NCBI GenBank assembly: GCA_964016885.1
Contig: OZ024760.1
Span: 13,888,001 to 13,952,000 of the forward strand
Length of the DNA: 64,000 nt
Source: Eledone cirrhosa
Taxonomy: Eukaryota
Direction of reading: 5' to 3'
Part shown: positions 29,442 to 42,640 of the stretch, piece by piece
Layout of the letters: each line of letters opens with the position of its first letter
How positions within the stretch are numbered: position 1 is the stretch's first letter
Notes under the pieces: model-generated
Database searches by the model: none
What the model saw: only the letters and a program-made list of their open reading frames with translations
Told to the model about the DNA's origin: nothing
Translations under genes and position numbers: made by a program

Positions 29442-29946
29442 GGGCGGGGGATTCGCCGTATCGGTAGAGTGTTGGATAATATGATTTGCAGCATAGAGTT
29501 ACTGCTCTTTATGTTCTGAGTTCAAATCCCGCAGAGGTTAACTTTGCCTTTCAGCAATTTAAGGTCGATAAAAAAAAGTACCAGTCAAGTACTGGGGCCG
29601 ATTCTTCCTTTGTGTCTCTTTCTCCCTTCCATTCTCTTACTCTCTCTATCCTTCTCTGGAAAAATATGCTGTATTCAGACGTGGAGTTGAGATGAGCTTT
29701 GCCCTTCATCCATTTAAGTTTCATACAAAAAGTACCAGTCACGTACTGGGATCGATTCTTTCTCTATATCTCTTTATCACTTCCATTCTCTCACTCACTC
29801 TCTCACTTACTCTCTCTCTCCTTCTCTGGAAGAAATCTGCTGTATTCAGACCTGGAGAGGAGATGAACTTTACCAGGCTTAAAATAACACTAGAAGCACG
29901 GTATGTCAACGCGGCGTCCCCAACGACACTCTCGTAAGTTACGAGA
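29442..29946 (+). mobile_element. Meta-domain SINE with extended 3' module, partially duplicated
   Basis: SINE 29442-29602, second Meta core 29690-29755, each followed by cttctctgga...gctgtattcagac; the same module occurs at 62885-63063. Confidence 0.7.
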
Positions 29947-30227
29947 AGATACATACATATTTTAGTCATATAAGAATTTCTATTTCCAGTGTACAACACT
30001 AGAAATATGAGACTCTAAACATCAATACACAATGAAACAGACTTTATGACATTAACTGCAGAATTTATTCAATTCTTTATAAACCAAAGGAACAGAGTTG
30101 GAAGTAAGTCCATTCCAATCTCTTTCCTTTCCATTTATTTTCAACTTTAAGGTTCTGTTTGACAATAAAGCTAGCGTTTTCCTTCTGTGCAGTTGTCAGT
30201 TTTAAGTTTTATTGTAGAAATCGGGCT

Positions 30228-30460
30228 TCTTTTCTTTCTTTTTCTTCCTTTTCTTCTTTTTCTTCTTTTTCTTCTTTTTCTTCTTTTTCTTCTTTTTCTT
30301 CTTTTTCTTCCCTTTTCTTTTCTTCTTTTTTCTTCTTATACTTCTTAAACTTCTTTTTTCTTTTCTTCTTTCTTCTTTTATTTTCTTTCTTTCTTCTTTT
30401 TTCTTCTTTCTTTCTTTTTTTCTTCTTTTTTTCTCCTTTCTTTCTTTTTCTTCTTCTCCT
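30228..30460. repeat. (TTC/TTTTTC) pyrimidine tract
   Basis: Directly visible. Confidence 0.9.
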
Positions 30461-30499
30461 CCCCATGGTTTTCGTTGTGTGAAGCGATTGAGGGTAGAG

Positions 30500-30570
30500 C
30501 ACTCACTCACACACTCACTCACACATATGCACATACACTCAGTCATTCACACTCACTAACAGACATACAT

Positions 30571-30615
<45 letters not shown>

Positions 30616-30670
30616 CACTGACACATATGCACTTACACTCAGTCATTCACACTCACTAACAGACATACAT

Positions 30671-30723
<53 letters not shown>

Positions 30724-30951
30724 CACTGACACATATGCACTTACACTCAGTCATTCACACTCACTAACAGACATACATTCTCTCTCTCACACACACACAC
30801 TCACACTCACACTCACACTCTCTCTCTCTCTCTTACACACACAGGACCATCAGTATTACATGTGTAAAGTTTGAAAACAATCGGTTGGGTGGTTCTCAAG
30901 TTTTAGGGAGTCAGTCAGACAGACATACATTCTCTGTTTTAGATATACAGA
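30500..30951 (+). mobile_element. Non-autonomous Helitron/HINE-like element 3' part with internal tandem repeats
   Basis: Three ~100-bp CA-rich units, then aaagtttgaaaacaatcggttg...gttctcaagtt...cagacagacatacattct...tatacagat, resembling Lep1/HINE-type 3' ends. Confidence 0.55.
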
Positions 30952-31418
30952 TTATGGAAAAGAAGGTCCAGCGGAACAGCGGGGAAGATCTTCAGTAAAT
31001 TAGAAAAATAAGGACGAAATGAGGGCAGAATGCATAGGAAATGAATAAAAGACTGGAAAAGCCAATATTTCTAAATTAGTAATAAAGTAAATTTTGATTT
31101 ATTCTATATTGTTTGTAAGATATGGAGAAAGAAATACCAGTTGAAACTAGTTTTGTTTGGTTTACAATTGAAAGATATTATACTTGAAATCCCCTGCAGT
31201 TGTTGCTTAGCAACGTGTAATCTCGCACTGAGTCACCGTCTTTGTGTGGGTGTATGGATATGTGTGTATGTACATGTATGTATATATGTGTGTGTGTAGG
31301 GTGTATATATATGTTGTGTGTATGTGTATATATATATATGTGTGTATATATATATGTGTATATATATATATATGTGTGTGTATGTGTATATATATATATG
31401 TGTGTATATATATATGTG

Positions 31419-31464
<46 letters not shown>

Positions 31465-31515
31465 TATTTATGTGTGGTGTGTGTGTTTGTATATATAAAT
31501 ATATATATGTATAAG

Positions 31516-31592
31516 CAGGATGTCCAAAAAAATGTATACACACTTCAACAGCATTCTAATAAATATGTGTATACATGTTTTGGGACACCCTG
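31516..31592. mobile_element. Tiny Tc1/mariner-type MITE
   Basis: TIRs caggatgtccaaaaaaatgtatacaca / tgtgtatacatgttttgggacaccctg, with TA on the right flank. Confidence 0.8.
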
Positions 31593-31758
31593 TATATATA
31601 TGTGTGTATGTGTGTATATATACATATGTGTGTATATATATGTATGTATGTATGTATGTGTGTATGTCTGTGCAAAAAGTAAACAGAAACAACAAAGCAA
31701 ACAACACAGTACAATGAAGAAATATATTAGTTTAACGCTTGATATAGTAGGAAGAGAG

Positions 31759-31794
31759 TCTTAACGTTTCGGTCACTAATCCTTCATCAGAAGA
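31759..31794 (-). ncRNA. Minimal type-I hammerhead ribozyme motif (family C)
   Basis: Minus strand tctt-CTGATGA-agg attagtga cc-GAAAC-GTT-aaga; palindromic aacgtt replaces stem III; element spans ~31670-31800. Confidence 0.7.
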
Positions 31795-31910
31795 TAGAAT
31801 GGGATGAAATAGAAAGATAAAGAAGGGGAAAGAATGGAGGGAATGTTTTTGAGAAAAAAAAAACTACATATATTCAGTCAGCCATTGAAGAAATATATAT
31901 ATACATGTAT

Positions 31911-31966
<56 letters not shown>

Positions 31967-32224
31967 CTGGATATATATATGTATATATATATGTATGGAT
32001 ATATGTATATATATATATATATGTGTGTGTGTGGAAGTGTATATATGTGTGTTTGTGTGGAAGTGTATCTATATATATATATATGTGTGTCTGGATATAT
32101 ATATGTATATATATATGTATGGATATATGTATATATATATATATATGTGTGTGTGTGGAAGTGTATATATGTGTATGTTTGTGTGGAAGTGTATCTATAT
32201 ATTTATATATGTGTGCTTGTGTGG

Positions 32225-32274
<50 letters not shown>

Positions 32275-32385
32275 TTATATTTATATATATTTATATATAC
32301 ATACATACATACACACTCACACACACACACGTATATACATCCACACTCATCCACACGTGTGTGTGTGTGAGTGTATGTATGTATG

Positions 32386-32420
<35 letters not shown>

Positions 32421-32469
32421 GTATGTATATATATATATATATGTATGTATATATATATATATATGTATG

Positions 32470-32502
<33 letters not shown>

Positions 32503-32507
32503 GTATG

Positions 32508-32543
<36 letters not shown>

Positions 32544-32721
32544 AATGTATATATATACATGTATGTATATATATATATATACATGTATGTATATATATAT
32601 ATATACATGTATGTATATATATATATATACATATATACGTTATTCCGGGTTGAATCGGAGGTAACCACAGTAAGTAAGGTACTCAATACATAGCAGAGTA
32701 TAACAGTTTTAATATAGATGA

Positions 32722-32770
32722 GATTCTACAGGACTAGAACTGTTTCATTCATTAGAAATCATCAGGAATC
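32722..32770 (-). ncRNA. Type-I hammerhead ribozyme motif (family A, minus copy)
   Basis: gattc-CTGATGA-tttctaatgaat-GAAA-cag ttctagtc ctg-TA-gaatc. Confidence 0.75.
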
Positions 32771-32771
32771 A

Positions 32772-32824
32772 GAGATTCCTGATGATTTCTAATGAATGAA
32801 ACAGTTCTAGTCCTGTAGAATCTC
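32772..32824 (+). ncRNA. Type-I hammerhead ribozyme motif (family A), intact core
   Basis: Stem I gagattc/gaatctc (7 bp), CTGATGA 32779-85, stem II ttc/gaa, GAAA 32798-801, stem III cag/ctg, GUA site with predicted cleavage after 32817. Confidence 0.8.
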
Positions 32825-33015
32825 ATCTATATTAAAACTATATATACATATATATATATATCGCCAGTGACTCACATCAAACATACACACACAACCCATA
32901 AAAGCACACAATTCCCCACGCTGCTTCAATCAATAAATAAAACAAATCAGGTTTCCGGACCAGTGATATATCAATGCTTCTACACACACACACACACATA
33001 CATACACACACACAT

Positions 33016-33046
<31 letters not shown>

Positions 33047-33057
33047 TACATACACAT

Positions 33058-33090
<33 letters not shown>

Positions 33091-33387
33091 TACATGCACA
33101 CACACACATACATGCACACACACACATACATGCACACACACATGCACACACACATACCCACACACATACACACATACACACACATGTGTGTATGTGTGTG
33201 TATAAGATGAGTGCATATCAAAGGCTCTATATTTGTATATGTGTAATCCATCACACCTACATCAACAATCTGGCGCGCACACACACTCGTATGTATGTGT
33301 ATGTGTATATATATATGTGTGTATATATATATGGATATATATGTATATGTATGTATGTATATATGTATATATATATATATATATATA

Positions 33388-33584
33388 TAACAACGGAATT
33401 GTGGTAAGGAACCAGTTGGACCAACACGCACCAGAGTACTCAATACTTAGTGTAGTAGAGTGGGAAATAGGAAAAAGTATGACCCCGACGGCAGAGCTCA
33501 AGCCGTTTCGACGGCTATTTCTGGACCAGAATAGCCGTCGAAAGGGCTTCAGCTCTGCCGTCGGGGTCATACTTTTTCCTATTT
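33388..33584 (-). mobile_element. Family B element with head-to-head inverted duplication
   Basis: Hairpin 33465-33584 centred near 33525; contains GAAAC-ggc-ttgagctct-gcc-GTC. Confidence 0.85.
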
Positions 33585-33640
33585 ATATATATATATCTGA
33601 TATGTTTTTATCAATGCCTCTTGTATCTATCTATAGATAG

Positions 33641-33716
<76 letters not shown>

Positions 33717-33858
33717 GTGTGTATATACATACATATACACACACATATATGTACATAGATGTGTTTGTGTATGCGTCTGTGTTGGTATGTGTGGGAGAAC
33801 ATAAACAAATAAAGAGCTATTGATATACACTATCCTATATATATACATTTATATATAT

Positions 33859-33893
<35 letters not shown>

Positions 33894-33907
33894 CATACAC
33901 ACACACC

Positions 33908-33938
<31 letters not shown>

Positions 33939-33969
33939 TCACACCAATATATATATATACATACACACA

Positions 33970-34027
<58 letters not shown>

Positions 34028-34180
34028 TATATATGTATATAACACTCCATGTACTTCTCTTTTCTTTTGTGTTCAACTTCAGCTTCAGCTCAGTTCCCTT
34101 AAAAATTGATTATTTAATCAAGTCATATCTGATTTATGGTAGAGAATATCTTCAAAGTCTCTCGCTCTCTCGTTTCTCGC

Positions 34181-34223
<43 letters not shown>

Positions 34224-34494
34224 TTCTCTTCTTCTCTCTCTTCATATCTTTCTCTATCTATCTCTATCTCTCTCACTCGCTTCCTCTCTCTCTCTCTATA
34301 TATATATATATCCACATCTTTCTCTATCTCTATCTCTCTCCATCTCTATCTCTCCATATCTATCTCTGTCTATGTCCCCCTGCTTCTTTCTCTGTATATA
34401 TATCTATGAATATATGTGGGTATATATATATGTGTATATATGTTGTGTGTATGCTTTTGCGTGATGTATGAGCGTGTGCATACATATATGAGGC

Positions 34495-34538
<44 letters not shown>

Positions 34539-34869
34539 CACACAAACACATACAGTTCTTTATTCTTACTTATATATTAAAATATATTTTATATATTCAA
34601 TATAATATATAATATATATTATACTCCATTATATTCCCATATTGATTGTTTCACCAGCTCCATGACGTTACAATTGTTGGTAAAGCAAAAATATTCTATT
34701 TACATTTTACTTGCTTTGATAAATGTTATTATTTGGGCTTTTCTTACCCCACCCCACGTTTCAATACTTTTTTCATTATTGTTTCATTATTGCTATTATC
34801 ATCGTTATTATTATTGTTATTATTATTGTTATTATTGTTATTATTATTATCCTCATCTTTATTATCAAG

Positions 34870-35374
34870 GGCAGTGGATTGGTAGTATCGGTTGGGCGTC
34901 GGACACGGACACCATGCTTTATGACTTAGAGTTACGACCCTTTACATTATCATTATTATTATTATTAGGGTGGTGGATTGGAAGAATCTGTAGCAGGTCG
35001 GATAATATGCTTTGCAGCATAGAGTTACGTCCTTTTACGTTCTGAGTTCAAATCCCGCGGAGGTTAGCTTTGCTTTTCATCCTTACCCGGTCGATAAAAT
35101 AAAGTACCAGTAATGCACTGGGGTTGATTTAATCGACTTTCCCCTCCCATTCAAATTGCTGGCCTTGTACCTATATAAGAAACAATTGCGGTGGATTGGC
35201 AGTATCGGTTGAGGGTCGGACGCCATGCTTTCCAGCATAGTTACGTCCCTTTACGATCTGAGTTCAAATCCCGCCGAGGTTGACTTTGCCTTTCATCCTT
35301 ACGGGGTCGATAAAATAAAGTACCAGTAATACACTGGGATAATTGCTGGCCTTGTGCCAAAAGTAGAAACAATT
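34870..35374 (+). mobile_element. Cluster of tandem Meta-domain SINEs
   Basis: Head fragment ~34870, copies ~34968-35187 and ~35188-35374. Confidence 0.9.
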
Positions 35375-35973
35375 ATTATTATTACTATTATTACTAGATG
35401 AGGGCGACGTCTTACCACTGGGGTAACGTGAAATGAAGTGTTTTGCTCAAGAACAAAACACACAAACCAGTCCAGGTATCGAATCCGCGACATTTGATTG
35501 TACGTCAAATAACTTTAAAACTAGTTAACGACTCTACCAATTCACAGCTTTTAATTACCTTCAATGATAATAACTTTCTAAAAGATTTTGTCTTGATTGA
35601 TTTATGATACCTATCTCGCAGTTAATTTTAATAAACTTTTTTTTTATTTTCTCGCTGTTTAATTATTTCTCTCATATTTCACTGCCATAGTTACCATTCG
35701 CAGACATTGCTTCTCCTCTCCTCTTCAAATAGTTTTACTCTTCTTTGCAGTTTCTATTTTCGTTCCAGTTTGTCTTTTACTTCTAAATGTTGCAGATTTT
35801 ATTTATTCTTGTCTGTCCCTCTAAAGATTCCACCAATACCAATACAATAATTCTTGCTTCTAATGTCAATAATGGTAATAGTGGTACTTATTAAGTAACT
35901 ATCACTACTATCGCTATATTTTACTTACCAATGCCAAACAAAAATTGCTACGTTTTCTACTAGCGCCATGTTA

Positions 35974-36060
<87 letters not shown>

Positions 36061-36145
36061 CTTATATACCTATATATTATTTCTCCCTCTTATATATATA
36101 TATATATATATTTTTATATATATAATATTATATATATAAATGAAA

Positions 36146-36191
<46 letters not shown>

Positions 36192-36215
36192 TTTTTTAAT
36201 AATTTCTTAATATAT

Positions 36216-36362
36216 CGGGTGGTGAATTAACAGAATTGTTAGAGCATCGGACAATATAATTTGTGGCATATAGTGAAGCCTCTTTATGGTCTGAGTTCAA
36301 ATCTCACCGTGCTTATAGGTTTGCCGTTCATCCTTACGAGGTCGATAAAATAAAGCACTAGT
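36216..36362 (+). mobile_element. Meta-domain SINE, diverged
   Basis: ctgagttcaaatctcacc...ttcatccttacgaggtcgataaaataaag. Confidence 0.75.
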
Positions 36363-36538
36363 AATTCACTTTCACCTCACGCCACTAAGAATTTATTATT
36401 ACATTTCATAGTCAGTTGTCCAATATAGCAGACATTGTCATACACCTCGGTATACAACGATTGTAAAAACGAGCGAAACTTCATAAATTAAGCGTTCCAC
36501 CATGCTACGTCCGCAAACATTCAAATGTATGTGTTCAG

Positions 36539-36584
<46 letters not shown>

Positions 36585-36657
36585 TTTATCCCGGGTTCAA
36601 TCGAGGCTAACCACAGTAAGTAAGGTACTCAATAGATAGCAGAGTATAAATATTTAA
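36585..36657 (-). mobile_element. Family A 3' fragment
   Basis: ccgggttcaatcgaggctaaccacagtaagtaaggtactcaata. Confidence 0.8.
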
Positions 36658-36672
36658 TTATATATATAAATA

Positions 36673-36722
<50 letters not shown>

Positions 36723-36752
36723 TACACTTGTGTATGTTATCTTACAACGTAT

Positions 36753-36818
<66 letters not shown>

Positions 36819-37620
36819 TTGTGTGTGTTATCTTACGATTTATTGATAAACTGTCATTAGACAGATGTACTGATAGATTCCATTCTGATTTGTTTTCTGT
36901 CTGTTTCTTAAATGTTTGATGTCTGATGTATATATATTTTTCTTTCAATTTCTCCTTTGTTATCGTACGTTCATTGTTAATTGCTATTTTGTCTATAAAA
37001 ACCATAACAACAACAACAACAATAATAATAATAAAGAAAAGCTCCCCCCACCTCCCCAAAAAACCCCGAAAAGAAAGACAAAATATTAAACCAAATTAAA
37101 AAAAACAAACAAACAAACCAAAACAAAACATAACATACATAACGATTTTTTAATTGTTTTTCTATTACGTAATTAATTTCATTTGGTCATTAATGTTAGT
37201 GCACATGATAATTTCTGAGGAAATCTTTTCTTCTCTGCTCTCTTCATTTCAATTTCTTTATGCTTATTTGATTTGATTCGCCTCAATATAGTTTTCTGTA
37301 AACTGTCAATGTATGTAAAAACCGATGTCTTTTTCTCTGCTGTTTAGTTCTACTTTTACTGCAACTCTTTCATGAATCTCTTGTTTTATTTTCGTTCTAA
37401 AACAAAAATGTTCTCTCGTTTTATTTTGGTTTGTTTGTTTTTGTTAGTTCTTGTAGTTGTTTTGTTTTGTTTTCTTTTGAGGGGCGGGGGTGGGGATGGG
37501 AGGGGTTAGGGTGGAGGGTTATGTGTTTATGCTTGAAAATATTGGTTTATTTTTCCATTGATATTTTAAAAGAATTTTCTTTTATCTCTTGCATACATTG
37601 TGCTATAATTGTGTGTGTGC

Positions 37621-37682
<62 letters not shown>

Positions 37683-38145
37683 ACACACACACAGACAGAC
37701 ACACACACATATATATATATAATATACATATATATATATATGTATATATATTTCATATACAGACATATGAATATATATGTTTATATTAGTTCTAACATAG
37801 CGTGTTTCGTAATAGGGATGAACATGAAATCATATATAATATGTTTACATATAAAGTAGATACAGTGCGTCACTATGATTACATGTTCGTTTGAATCTCC
37901 CTGAGAATTACGTAAAGGGTACTTAGATACGTGGAATGATTAGCTACTTAAACTTCAATTACAACAGCAAGCTGGACGGTTAATCAGACAACTGGAGCAC
38001 TCGTCGTCGAGACCGACGGAAATCCAGTCCTTAAGACATTATGATCGTACGTCCAACACCATTACCACTAGGCCACGTGACTTCTCTTATTTTACAGTGG
38101 CGCCAAAAGAGCTACGGCCCTCTAAGCACTGTGTGTTTTATAATG

Positions 38146-38188
<43 letters not shown>

Positions 38189-38194
<6 letters not shown>

Positions 38195-39243
38195 TAATGA
38201 AATGACAGGAGGCTGGACTTGTGTAAATCCTTGAAAGGTTTATTATACTATGATCATTTCAATGACCGGGTTCCGTATGAATCCGGTGATATCATCAGGT
38301 ATTCGAAATATAATAAGTGAATGTAATAGATAAAATCCATGGGGCTGTAAATCGAAGACCCGAGGACGACCGCCATCCAGCATCTTACACTTTTGCCAGT
38401 CGCCCTCGAGTGACGTGGCCAAAGCTTACAGTGTGCTACTACCGGTCAAATAAAAGAAAACAGAAAGAGATATACATACACCTTTGACGAGTTGTAGTGC
38501 ACCTGAGCACTTTACACAATAATTTCATTATTATTATTTTATAAGTCAGCGTTAATATCGTGCCACAAGAAAAAAGAAAGAAAGAAAGGAAGAAAGAAAG
38601 GAAGAGAGAAGGGAAAAGGAAGAAGAGAAGTCAGGGTTAAGGTGAGCTATAAGAAGAAAGACAGAAAGAGGAGGAAGGGTCGGTATTGGTCAGGCCAGGA
38701 ATGTCGCGAAACAAATGTTATTCTAAGGGACTCGTATCTTAACAACTACTACCGGTCAAATATAGGCAAACAAAAAGGGAGAGGAAAGTCAGCGTAAATA
38801 TCATGCCACAAGGAGAAAGACAGAAAGAAGGGGGAAGAGAAGAAGAAAAGGAAGAAGAGAAGTCAGGGTTGATGGCTACAAGAAGAAAGATAGAAAGAAA
38901 GAGGAAGAAAGGTCGATATTAATGTCAGACTACAGTCAGGCCAGGAATGGCGCGAAAAAAATATTTTCAAATGGACCCGTATCTTAGCAGAGGTAAATAT
39001 AGTGTGGGTCTGTATGTTATAATGTGTAAACCTTTGAAGGATTTACACAAGTCCAACCTCCTGTCATTTCATTATAATATTTAACTCCGTACTAGTACCA
39101 CCAACTACACAAACGAAGACGGTTGAACTGCTTTACGTTGAGTACTCTCCATAGTATTACATTAAGATTGACCATACGGAATTGACCAGCTCTATCCAGT
39201 GGTGAACCTCAAACCTGAATAAATATATGGCATGACACCCATA
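38189..39243 (-). mobile_element. Penelope-like remnant (family D) with inverted terminal repeat
   Basis: Inverted repeat 38189-38242 / 39027-39080, hammerhead just inside the left arm, internal duplication ~38545-38745 / 38787-38990. Confidence 0.65.
38245..38302 (-). ncRNA. Minimal type-I hammerhead ribozyme motif (family D)
   Basis: Minus strand atac-CTGATGA-tatcaccgg...ccggtcatt-GAAA-tgatca-TA-gtat; palindromic tgatca, AUA site. Confidence 0.75.
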
Positions 39244-39283
39244 ATTTTGATTTAGAATAAATTCATTTGATTTATCTTAATTT

Positions 39284-39321
<38 letters not shown>

Positions 39322-39658
39322 GCGCACTCTTTTTTCATAGAGCACTCTTTTTTACTGGACTTTTCCGGCAGAAATACTTCATTTACACATACATATATAT
39401 ACTCCGCACTTTCGTACATTTTGATAAGAATCACCGTTGCCCATCTTTGGAGGTTCACAGACAAGGTTCCTGATTTTCGAAATTCATTGGATATGAATGA
39501 GAAATCAGGTGAAAATATCTGCCAAAATCATAGAAATATCTTCACAGAAGACAACAGACGAAAGTGAAAGTTGCAGAGGTTTTTATATCATTGTTAAACA
39601 TATGAAATAACTCCATTACGAAATAATCATTATATAGTTAATATATATATATATACAC

Positions 39659-39720
39659 AAGGGCGGTGCCCCAGCATGGCCTCAGCCGGATGGCTGAAAC
39701 AGGTAAAAGAGTAAAAGAGT
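39659..39720 (+). mobile_element. SINE 3' tail fragment
   Basis: ggcggtgccccagcatggcctcagcc...ctgaaacaggtaaaagagtaaaagag; diverged relative at ~43261-43335. Confidence 0.55.
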
Positions 39721-39858
39721 ATATACATACATACATACATATATTTGTATATATATACCTATATTAAAACTATGTACGTATATACATGTATATAAACTTA
39801 TATCTATACGCATATATATAAATACACACACAATATATATATAGAATATATATATATA

Positions 39859-39951
39859 TGTAGAATCTCATCTATATTAAAACTGTTATACTCTGCAATG
39901 TATTGAGTACCTTACTTACTGTGGTTACCTCCGATTCAACCCGGAATAACG
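39859..39951 (+). mobile_element. Family A copy beginning at the predicted cleavage site
   Basis: tgta|gaatctcatctatattaaaactg...ccggaataacg, near-identical to the reverse complement of 32639-32730. Confidence 0.85.
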
Positions 39952-39960
39952 TATATATAT

Positions 39961-40097
39961 AGTCCAGAATTACCCGTCGAAACGGCTTGAGCTCAGCCGT
40001 CGGGGTCCTACTCGTTCCTATTACCCACTCTACTATCCTAAGTATTGAGTACTTTAGTGCGTTACGGTCCACCTGGTTCCTTACCACATTTCTTTCG

Positions 40098-40100
<3 letters not shown>
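39961..40100 (+). mobile_element. Family B element (hammerhead 3' half)
   Basis: agtccagaattacccgtc-GAAAC-ggc-ttgagctca-gcc-GTC-ggggtc...ttcgtta(TA)n. Confidence 0.85.
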
Positions 40101-40134
<34 letters not shown>

Positions 40135-41388
40135 CCTATGTATGTGCAGTACTTTTATATAATAATTTGAGTTCATAAACATTAGAGTAATTGCGTTTTA
40201 AGGGGTGGATTTTCAGCTTTTATTTGAATAAAATGTTGAATGCTATTTCTGGTTGGAACAATCATTGTTCCTGGAAATAGTAAAAATACTTCTGCTCTCA
40301 CCTCGTAACAAATGTGAACAAATGTGAATATACACACACACATACATATATACACGCACATACACGCACAGACATACATATACACACATACAGATACGTA
40401 TATATACACACACTTCCACTCTCACCCAGAACAAATGTGAACACAAAACACACATACACACCCCAGAACGCAAGCACAGAAACATACAAACACACTAACA
40501 CATACACACACATATAAACACACATACATATACACTTCCACTTTTATTCCGTAACAAATGTGAATATATACATACATAAAAACACTCGCAAACATATAAC
40601 CAGATACATACATACAAACACATTTAAAAGCATACACGCTCACATACAAATACGCACACATATATTAACCCACGTGCACATACCCTCACATAGATACACA
40701 CCCATGCATACACACAGATACACACACATACACACACATACATACACACACATACACAAATGTAATTTCACAATGGGTTTGAATTTTCCATTCGTTAGAA
40801 TAAAACTTGAGAAAATTAAAGTTATTAAAAGATATTAAATCTAAGGTCAACCTTAATACTGTCACTTCTATACGGAGTTTAACTACATACACACATACAC
40901 ACATACATACACACATACATACACACATACATACACACATACATACACACTACTGTTACTTCTACACGGAGTATACTACATACATACATACACACATACA
41001 TACATACACACATACACACATACATACATATATACATATTACTGTTACTTCCATACGGAGTATAACTACATACATACACACATACATACACACATACATA
41101 CACACATACATACATACACACATACATACACACACAGAGGAAGAGAAGTTTGCTCGCACAGACTCATATATAGAAAAGTACACACACAGATACACTCACA
41201 TATATACTGAACCGCACACACACAGAAACATACCAACACATAGACATATACACACACACATAAATGGTCTCACACACATAGAAACACGCTTACCCACACA
41301 TAAACGCTATAACACACCCTGAAACGCTATTGCATACGCATAAACATACCAATACACACACACACTTATACACACAGAAATGCACTCA

Positions 41389-41461
<73 letters not shown>

Positions 41462-42053
41462 AACACACACCCTCTTCTATCAATCGAACCCACGACTTTC
41501 TGGTTCTAAGTCTAACATCTTAACCAAATCCTTCATACAATCTCTTACAAAGAATAAATTATCTTCGACATTCCATTTTCTCCTTTTCGTAGCAAAATAT
41601 TCTAAACACCTTTTTTTTTCTTTTCTCCAGACCCCCCCCCCCCCAATCTCACCTTCTCCTCCTCGTCTCCTCCTCTCCTCCTCTTCAGTAACTGTTTCCT
41701 CTTCAAATGTTTCCTTCACACCTATTATATCATAATTACTAACATTATACAATTGCAAACTATTTTTCTTTTCTCTTTTATATATTCTTTCCTGATATGT
41801 GAGAAAACTACGCTATAGTTACTACGAAGTATGTATTTTTTTTTGTCTTCTAAATTACGTAAGTTTACTAGATGTCAAAATTATGTGCACAACATGTTTA
41901 AAATACCATGCCATTAATGCTATTTATTGAAAATAAGATGTGGTTATTTGTAGCAAATTGAAAGCAAGGATAATAATCGTTGTATTATTGTTAAAGTGAT
42001 GAATATATTTAAATTTTAGACGAGGGCAAGGAAAGTCTACGGAAGGTTTTTTT

Positions 42054-42468
42054 CGGTGGATTTGCAGTAACAGTAGAGGGTCGGACGCCATGTTTTGCAG
42101 CATAGAGTTACGGCCCTTTGCGGTCTGAGTTCAAATCTGGCTGAGTTTTACTTTGCCTTTAATCCTTCCGAGGTCGATAAAATAAAGTACCAGTAATGCA
42201 CTGAGATAATTGCTGGTTTTGTACCAAAAGTAGAAACAATTATTAAGAGGTTGAATTAAGGCGGTGAATTGGCAGAGGGTCGGACGCCATGCTTTACAGC
42301 ATAGAGCTACGGCCATTTACGTTCTGAGTTCTAATCCGGCTGAGGTTTATTTTGCCTTCCATCCTTCCGAGGTCGATAAAATAAAGTACCAGAAATGCAC
42401 TGGGGTCGATTTAATCGACTTTCTCCTCTCCCAAAATTGCTGTCTTGTGCCTAAAATAGAAACAATTA
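42054..42468 (+). mobile_element. Two tandem Meta-domain SINEs
   Basis: Copies ~42054-42241 and ~42259-42468. Confidence 0.9.
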
Positions 42469-42640
42469 TTACTACTACTACTACTACTACCACCATCACT
42501 ATCACCACTACTACTATTACTACAACCAGTGGCGGACTGGCCAGGTTGCCAGGTTACCTAATGCCAAGTGGGCCCCAGAGAAACAAAAGGAGGGTGTAGT
42601 TCATGGAACACCCAAATGATTTAGAAGTCGACCTTAAGTA

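Larger units (their letters stand above)
32639..32839. mobile_element. Family A element as head-to-head inverted duplication (66-bp perfect hairpin)
   Basis: Arms 32705-32770 and 32774-32839, loop aga; both flanks are (TA)n. Confidence 0.9.

Noticed and set aside
41480-41526. tRNA gene on the minus strand
   Set aside because: Only D-arm to T-arm similarity and no acceptor stem; treated as a SINE head fragment, like ~38040-38085
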